Source of the DNA: Reclinomonas americana ATCC 50394
Lineage: Eukaryota
NCBI GenBank assembly: GCA_048213135.1
Contig: PS015030.1
Span: forward strand, 59,361-123,360
DNA: 64,000 nt
Direction of reading: 5' to 3'
The stretch's first letter is position 1. Every line of letters begins with the position of its first letter. Shown here one piece after another: positions 56,504 to 64,000 of the stretch. The position numbers and the translations under genes are program-made. The notes beneath the pieces were generated by a model. That model searched no databases, was not told where the DNA came from, and saw only the letters and a program-made list of their open reading frames with translations.

Positions 56504-59080
56504 TCATGAACGACGGTGAGCGCCACTGGCATTTTCGACCACTCGCAGCATCAGTGGGCCGTCGCGCTCGCGTGCCACGTTCTTCGCCTCTCTCCAGTCC
56601 TGCATGGCGCACAGAGGCGAGATAGCATGAGATGAGTGGCGGAATAGAGCACAATGACCACAACAACTCGTCCCGATACACCGAGCAAGATCAATCACTC
56701 TCTGTTCGCATTCTGCCCCTTTCTCCTCAGAATAATGTCACCGAAAGGTTGACATTTTGCATCCACTCTATTCCTTCATCCCCCCTCTCTTTCAGTCTCC
56801 CATTCACTCCTGAGAGCACAGTCCATGCATGTAATCGAGCGACGACAAAAAGGCAGACACATTGCTGAACAGAGCAACATGAAGAGCGTCGAGATTCAGC
56901 GACCATTCACCACGCACTCTGCTCCTTCGAAACCGTCTCGTCTCCGCAACTCTGTCTCTCCCCTCTCCCCGAAGAATACGACTGAGCGACAACAAAAAGA
57001 CGCATGACAGGAAGATAATAATCGCCTAAGGCGTCTCTCTCTCTCTCTCTCTCTCTCACTCAGTCTATCATCATGATCATCCCTCCCGTTCCATCTGCCT
57101 CACACTTCTTGTCCAGCCACCGTTCTTCTTTCCTCTCCCTTCTCCCTCTCTCCCTTCCCCCCAACCCCCTCTTCCCCCACCAACTCACCTGCTCCGACAC
57201 CACATCCACCGTGTCATTGTCGCCATCAACATACTGCAGTGAGAACCGCACCGGCAACTCATGCGTGGCGCCCAGCTCCCGCAGCACGTCGACCAGTGTT
57301 GTGGCCAGGGGCACGGCGACACGCTTGGCGTGCCCGTTGGCAAAGGAGAACTTGAGGCGCACGCCGTTGCCCTCCGGCTCGACTTCTTGTGCAGCGGCGG
57401 CTCCCGTGGCCGCTGCTGCCGCAGATGAAGGAGGCTGCCAAGGACCATTCTTGGGGCGTGTAGCCGCAGCCGCAGCTACTGGCGCCGTGTTTAGTGGAAC
57501 AGGATTCGCAGGTGGTGGTTGGGACGGTGGTGGGGCAGTGGAGAGCACCACGGTGACTGGAGCTTGCGGCTTGGGCGGTGGTGGGCCGAGACCGGGAATG
57601 GCGGGGACGGTGGGTGATGGGGCAGTAGAAGGGCGATTGGCAGTGGGAGGTTGGACGGGCGGTGGCGCGGTGCCTGTGAGAGAGGGGGGAGAGGGGGAGA
57701 GAGAGAGAGGAGGGAGGGAGGGGAGCTGTTGGAATCGAGAACGAGAGAAGAGTGACAAGTGCTTAGAGCTGAGTCTTAGTGTGCAAGCATGAGTGTGTGC
57801 GTGTCTCTCCCTCGGTGTGTGGGTGTGTATGAGAGAGAGAGAGAGAGGAAGACAGAGATGGAGGGTGGAAACTGAGCAGGTGAGAGGCAACATGCAGAGA
57901 GGAAGTCTGCTCGTGATAGACATAGGCAGGATTACACACACAACAAGTGAATCAATGACACGGATGTAAAACAAGGCTCAACCTGTAATGCCTTTGCGGC
58001 GACGAAATTCGACAATGGCCTCTTCCGGTCTCATGTCCGCAGGGCGATCGGTGAGGCCGAGGGCGCGAGCGGTGCTTACAAAGCCGTTGCCTGTTTTGTG
58101 TAAATGGGGAAATGTCAGAGTTGATACCGAGCACGAAGACAAGACAGGAATAATTACGCACTGTGGATGCTAATCGAAGTTAGCGGCAGACGGCTCTCTG
58201 CGAGAATGCGAATGCCTTCCTCGCCCAATCGATTGCCTGTGATGCGAAATAAGTCGGCAAAAAATGAAACACGAGTGTGCGGGCGGGGGGGGGGGGGGGG
58301 GGGGGGGGGGTGGCACACATGCAATGTCGAGGTTTTCGATGCAGGTGGCGCGGCCGTTTGCAATGGCTCGCGCGCCCTTGGGTGTAATGTCGTTGTCTGC
58401 ATTGATAATCAGCGATCCAGAGTGCGTTGTTCAGGCTGCATACGGAGACTCACGAGAGGTGCTTATCCAGCGCAGATTGACCATGCCATTGACAATACTC
58501 TCCATGCCCGCATCGCCAATGCCGGCATCTGCGAGAGGCCATGAGCGGTACAGTGCACAACCAACAACTATGGAGAGAGGGTCGGCCATCGCAACTGAAA
58601 ATGGAGAGCGTGTGCACATGGACCAGCCTGGAGAGTGCTATGGCGCCCTCGGCGCCAAGATAGGTGCCTGGTAGGAGATAGGAGTAGGTGAGGAGTAGAG
58701 GAAGGACAGGCGTGAAGGTGATGAAAGACAGGAGGGAAGTGAACGCCAAGCGAGAGAGAGAGAGAGGAGGGAGGGAGAGAGGAGGGAGGGAGGGAGAGAG
58801 ATTGAGCAAAAATGAATGTGAGATCGGCAAATCTAGTTCTACCACACAAGCTGGGCAAGAAGCGATCGGATGATGCCACGCACCTGCCACCTGCAGATTG
58901 GTCAGATTGGGAAATGTCTGCGCCACCAACACGGCTCCGGCGGGACCCAGCTTTCCACTGGTGGCGTCGAACCTGTCCACCTCGCCGCCCCACTGGTGCT
59001 TCTCCACAACGTAGCACACTCTTCGCAGATCGTCCACCTCCAGCGTTCGCCGTCCGAGCGCGCTCCAGGAGACGCAAATC
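56504..59080 (-). CDS. RI-like leucine-rich repeat + Pro-rich linker + C-terminal PB1 domain protein; start exon uncertain (upstream of 59080)
   Basis: LRR exons KLGPAGAVLVA, YLGAEGAIALS, GIGDAGMESIV, NDITPKGARAIA, NRLGEEGIRILA. PB1: VRLKFSF...LQYVDGDNDTVDVVSEQ / DWREAK...PLMLRVV. Confidence 0.8.
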
Positions 59081-60631
59081 TGTGGTGGCCGGAGGGGAGG
59101 GGATGAGGAGGGCGAAGGGGGGAGAGCAAACACAACGGATCAAGAAGACGGAAAGAATGTGAAAAGAAGACAGCGGCGCTGGAAAGAAGGCGAGAAGAAG
59201 AGAGGAACGAGGAAGAGACAAGAGATGCAACATGAACGACAGCAACAGCAGCAACAACGGAGTCACAAAACACGGACATCAAAACCTCGTGCACGCCAGT
59301 GACATCAAGAAACTTGTCGTCGAAGAAGAAGAAGAAGAAGAGGAAGAGGAAGGAGGAGAGAACAACAACAAGAAGAAGAAGAAGAAGAAGAAAGAAGAAG
59401 AAGAAGAAGAAGAAGAAGGAGGAGGAGAAGAAGAACAACAACAACAACAACAAGAAGAAGAAGAAGAAGAAGAACAACAACAATGACAACAAAACACGGA
59501 CACGAACCCTCATGCATGCATGCCGGGTGGACATCAACAAACAGATCTCCACTCTCTCTCCCTCTCCCTTCCTCCCATCGCTCACTCATCGTCTTCCCCC
59601 TCTTAAAGCACAAAAGAGCACCAGCGAAAGGCGAAGACGAAGAAGAAGAAGAAGAACAGANNNNNNNNNNNNNNNNNNNNNNNNNNNNNNNNNNNNNNNN
59701 NNNNNNNNNNNNNNNNNNNNNNNNNNNNNNNNNNNNNNNNNNNNNNNNNNNNNNNNNNNNNNNNNNNNNNNNNNNNNNNNNNNNNNNNNNNNNNNNNNNN
59801 NNNNNNNNNNNNNNNNNNNNNNNNNNNNNNNNNNNNNNNNNNNNNNNNNNNNNNNNNNNNNNNNNNNNNNNNNNNNNNNNNNNNNNNNNNNNNNNNNNNN
59901 NNNNNNNNNNNNNNNNNNNNNNNNNNNNNNNNNNNNNNNNNNNNNNNNNNNNNNNNNNNNNNNNNNNNNNNNNNNNNNNNNNNNNNNNNNNNNNNNNNNN
60001 NNNNNNNNNNNNNNNNNNNNNNNNNNNNNNNNNNNNNNNNNNNNNNNNNNNNNNNNNNNNNNNNNNNNNNNNNNNNNNNNNNNNNNNNNNNNNNNNNNNN
60101 NNNNNNNNNNNNNNNNNNNNNNNNNNNNNNNNNNNNNNNNNNNNNNNNNNNNNNNNNNNNNNNNNNNNNNNNNNNNNNNNNNNNNNNNNNNNNNNNNNNN
60201 NNNNNNNNNNNNNNNNNNNNNNNNNNNNNNNNNNNNNNNNNNNNATCAAAGACAATGGAACACAAACACCGCTGCGAACCCTCATGCATGCATCAACAAA
60301 CAGATCTCTCTCCCCATCGCTCACTCGCCGTCTTCTCCTTCTTCAAGCACGCCTCGGTCGCAATGGCCTCACACTGCTCCCGCACACTCGCACTCGTATC
60401 GACGAGCACTGCAGGCGAGCGAGAAACAGGATTGTTGCCCTTCTTGGTGGAAGAAGAAGAAGAAGAAGAAGAGTTGCCCATTTTTCGTCACAGCAAGAGT
60501 ATCGCGAAAGGAGGCACTGCTCCGGTCGGCGTAGACGATGAACTGTTAGAATGAATGAAGAGACTGGGCGCAGCGTCGTGAGTGAAAATTTGCCAGTCAA
60601 GCTCTTATCTTTTTCTTTCTTGATCATCATC

Positions 60632-61160
60632 ATGGGCGACAGTCTCCTGTTGCGTGAGACTCCACATACACTCACTCACTCGCTCACTCACATGCTTGTT
60701 TTGATGACACGCATGTCACTGATAAACTTGGACACATTATCACACTTACTCTCTCACTCACCTCACACTCTCACTCACTCCCTCCCTCCCTCGCTCACTC
60801 ACTCACTCACTCACTCCCTCCCTCCCTCCCTCCCTCACTCACTCACTCACTCAGTCACTCACTCACTCACTCATTCACTCACTCACTCACTCACTCTCTC
60901 ACTCTCTCACTCACTCACTCACTCACTCACTCACTCACTCACTCACTCGCACTCTCCCATCCACCACTCACTCGCTCACTCACACACACACTCACTTTCA
61001 CTCACTCACTCTTCTGCTGTGAGATCACACTTTCTATTTCAGAGTCGCGCACTCACTCACTCTTCTCTCTTTCTTTCTTTGTTTGTTATGTGTGTGCAGG
61101 CAGCCGAGCATCAACATTGACAACATCACCCCGGTCAACGTGGTCGGTGACGGTGAGTGC

Positions 61161-61212
<52 letters not shown>

Positions 61213-61518
61213 ANNNNNNNNNNNNNNNNNNNNNNNNNNNNNNNNNNNNNNNNNNNNNNNNNNNNNNNNNNNNNNNNNNNNNNNNNNNNNNNNNNNNNNN
61301 NNNNNNNNNNNNNNNNNNNNNNNNNNNNNNNNNNNNNNNNNNNNNNNNNNNNNNNNNNNNNNNNNNNNNNNNNNNNNNNNNNNNNNNNNNNNNNNNNNNN
61401 NNNNNNNNNNNNNNNNNNNNNNNNNNNNNNNNNNNNNNNNNNNNNNNNNNNNNNNNNNNNNNNNNNNNNNNNNNNNNNNNNNNNNNNNNNNNNNNNNNNN
61501 NNNNNNNNNNNNNNNNNN

Positions 61519-61566
<48 letters not shown>

Positions 61567-62063
61567 AGAACAGTCAGAACAACGTGTTCTTTCTCTTCTT
61601 CATTCGCCACTCGCCTTGCTTCGTTCCTCATCATCATGCACAAGTGAAGCGTTCCTTTTCTTCCTTTGAGAGCTCCGGTCGTTCGTCATACTCTCTCTTG
61701 TCATGCTTGTTGCTCTCACTTGCTTCCATCGATGTCTCTTGTTCATTCTGAGCTAGTTTGCAGTTGTATCCTCGTGCGCCTTCATCCTTCCCTTTCTCTC
61801 TCTTTCTCATTCTCCCACTCTTGTCCACCTTCCCTCCACACACGACTCACCTTCCTTCCGCTCTGCCTCTTGCACAGCTCTCGACGACGTTCTCGAGGTG
61901 GTCACGGTGAGCACACTCTCATTCCCTCCTCCCTGCTCGCACCGCGCACTCACAACTCACCCACCACCTCCTCTCGCAGGGCGCCCGCGTCGATGCCTAC
62001 CTGAACACCAACCAGAAGCACGCCGCGCTCGGTGTCAACTGGTACCAGAACCACGGAATTTGA
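60632..62063 (+). CDS. Spliced ~60-aa microprotein of unknown function
   Basis: Four phase-compatible exons (60632-60648, 61100-61152, 61878-61906, 61980-62063) give MGDSLLQPSINIDNITPVNVVGDALDDVLEVVTGARVDAYLNTNQKHAALGVNWYQNHGI*, with C/G-ending codon bias. Confidence 0.6.
60760..61060. repeat. (TCAC)n intronic microsatellite
   Basis: Directly visible. Confidence 0.9.
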
Positions 62064-62474
62064 AGCACTCTCTGTGTTTGTTTGCCTCCACACCTCTTCC
62101 TCCCCCTCTCGCCCCCCTCCATGAGTGCACTTGTCAAGTGAAAAAACTCCACGGGAGCGCCGTTTTCATTGCTGACTTGCAGTCCACATTCGGCTCCTCC
62201 TCCTTCTCAGTCAGACGTCACGTCGATCCGTTCTCGACCATCTCTCGTCTCGTCTCTTGGCGGCGCCCACTTGCCATGTTACTCACACCGCGTCGCTCTT
62301 ATCCACCGCACTCCTCTGCGACGGCGACGACAAGTGCGTGGACNNNNNNNNNNNNNNNNNNNNNNNNNNNNNNNNNNNNNNNNNNNNNNNNNNNNNNNNN
62401 NNNNNNNNNNNNNNNNNNNNNNNNNNNNNNNNNNNNNNNNNNNNNTCTTCTCTTGTCTCTCAATGTCAAGATCT

Positions 62475-62510
<36 letters not shown>

Positions 62511-63890
62511 CTACCTTTACTCTTTCTTTCTCTTTGTGTCACTCTCTGGATCTGGTCTCTCTCAGGAAAGCAAGCCTCTCTTCGTCTCCCTCTTCTCCCC
62601 CTCTGTCTCCCATCCTCCCTCTCCCTCTCCCTCTCCCTCACCCTCTCCCTCACCCTCCCCCCCCTCTCCCTTCCCTCCCCCTCCACTCACCCTCGGCGAG
62701 CACACCATCGCCAATGACGGCGCCGGCACCACTCCCACCGCCACCAGCGTGCACACAATCGCCACCAGCGCGCCAAACGACACATAAAACCCGCTCTGCA
62801 CACACACCATTTGCCACAGAACAAGCGACGGAGGTGGAGTCCGCCGAGGTGCACTGGAGGCACCAGTAGGCAGTGGAGGGATGCGAGAGAGCAGCGCGTC
62901 GAGCATCCAACTTTTTTGAGAACAGTAGTACACTGTAAATCGGAAACTGCAACTGCAAACCCGCCAGGCTCAGCGACCCCAACGAGTGTACAATGAACCT
63001 GGAGCTGGAGCGCTTGAGAGACTACGAAGAGAATTCGAAAGAACCTGGCGAAAGCTTGTGTTCGAATTCGCGATCGATATCGATATCGAAGAGCGAGCTC
63101 GACACTTTCCGAGGCTCCGAGACAACCCCAAACTGTAGCAAACCAAAGAGCAATGCAGCTGCTTGAAGGTCGACGTTATCACTGAGTGGGTACTGAAGAC
63201 TGAGATCTCAGAAGCTGGTACGAGAGAATTCGCTGCGACCGCGAACGCAAACAAAGTTGCAACAGCAGTTCCTACTGAGAACCACATGCGCGACCCGTGA
63301 CGTACACGACAAGGAATTTAGAAGCCACAGGCTCCTGAGTTCAGCGGTACTCGAGCTCCGCAAGGGATCAAAAAATCGTTTGACAAAGCTGCAAAAGTTT
63401 GAATCACCGTCGTCCACAAATCGATCACGATATCCCTTGCCGACAATGATCTTGGCACACCAACAAAATATAGACACATAATTACTTCTCCAACAGTCAT
63501 CTTCCCTTTCAGGAGACAAAACCAATCAAACGCGTGTTGGCCTCGAAGGCGCATGCGCAAATGGTGCCAGCGGCCTACGTAGACGCTGAACTCGATAAAG
63601 CTGGTTGCTGCAGCAGCGATGCGATGGTTCTAGTTGCCCTGCTGCAGGCCACCTCTGGCTGGCTGGACAGAACAAATCCGTGAAGGCAAGGGACAACTGC
63701 AAGTCGCAGCTCGCGGCTCCGTGTGCTCTCCGTTCGGGTCGTACGGCGGTCCGGATACTTGTAGGCGAAGATCTCCGAGAATTCCTTATAGCAATGGCCA
63801 ACTCAAGACAAGCCCTTCGACTTGTCCTTCACGCGTCCCACTTCAAATTCGTTTCATTCTCTTATCACACCGACAACAAAGAGGACGCAA

Positions 63891-64000
63891 ATGGTCAAGG
63901 GCGCCGACAAGGACAAGAAGCAAGAGACTGGCGCTTCCTCGGCCGCCGCCGACAAGAGCGCAGGCGGAGATGGCGCGCAAGATGCCGCCCCCGACGCCGA
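63891..64000 (+). CDS. 5' end of a protein-coding gene running out of the window
   Basis: ATG in a gcaaATG context, reading MVKGADKDKKQETGASSAAADKSAGGDGAQDAAPDA with strong codon bias. Confidence 0.55.
   Translation, partial: MVKGADKDKKQETGASSAAADKSAGGDGAQDAAPDA

Noticed and set aside
58286-58310. Intronic G run as a functional G-quadruplex
   Set aside because: A simple homopolymer of unreliable length; it is poly-C on the transcript strand, consistent with the pyrimidine-rich introns.
59299-60541. Poly-K/E/R ORFs and other ORFs spanning N runs or (GA)n/(GAA)n tracts
   Set aside because: Artefacts of microsatellites and gaps read through as X.
62990-63800. Short ORFs as a transposon remnant
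   Set aside because: No transposase or reverse-transcriptase motifs, terminal repeats or target-site duplications were recognised.

Overview
Intron-rich, microsatellite-laden draft genome of a unicellular eukaryote, with many N gaps and apparent pyrosequencing noise at gap edges. I reconstructed about 17 protein genes by hand: a secreted glucose/sorbosone dehydrogenase-like protein, a ZZ/C1-like Zn-finger exon, a METTL21-like methyltransferase, a coiled-coil protein ending in a Peptidase_S74 (ICA) self-cleaving domain, a microexon-built glutathione peroxidase, an SNM1/Apollo-like nuclease, RPLP2, eIF2B-delta, a secreted mucin-like protein, an orphan, a peroxidase-cyclooxygenase-family heme peroxidase, a CHCHD5-like protein, a RuvC-like nuclease, a ~21.7 kb fibrocystin-L-like receptor, an LRR-PB1 protein, a 60-aa spliced microprotein and a partial gene at the end. 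Most striking observations: (1) an abundant second class of 5' splice sites, GTTGCG/GTTGAG/GTTACG, which is the local consensus shifted by one base and is used almost only when the exon does not end in G (27 of 28 cases traced); (2) a GUGA-core SECIS with a branched apical region downstream of the GPx; (3) a 3-nt exon; (4) a fibrocystin-L-like protein carrying three Spherulin-4/GH135-like barrels and six cadherin-like repeats; (5) palindrome-dense patches upstream of genes. All gene models are manual and lack transcript support.
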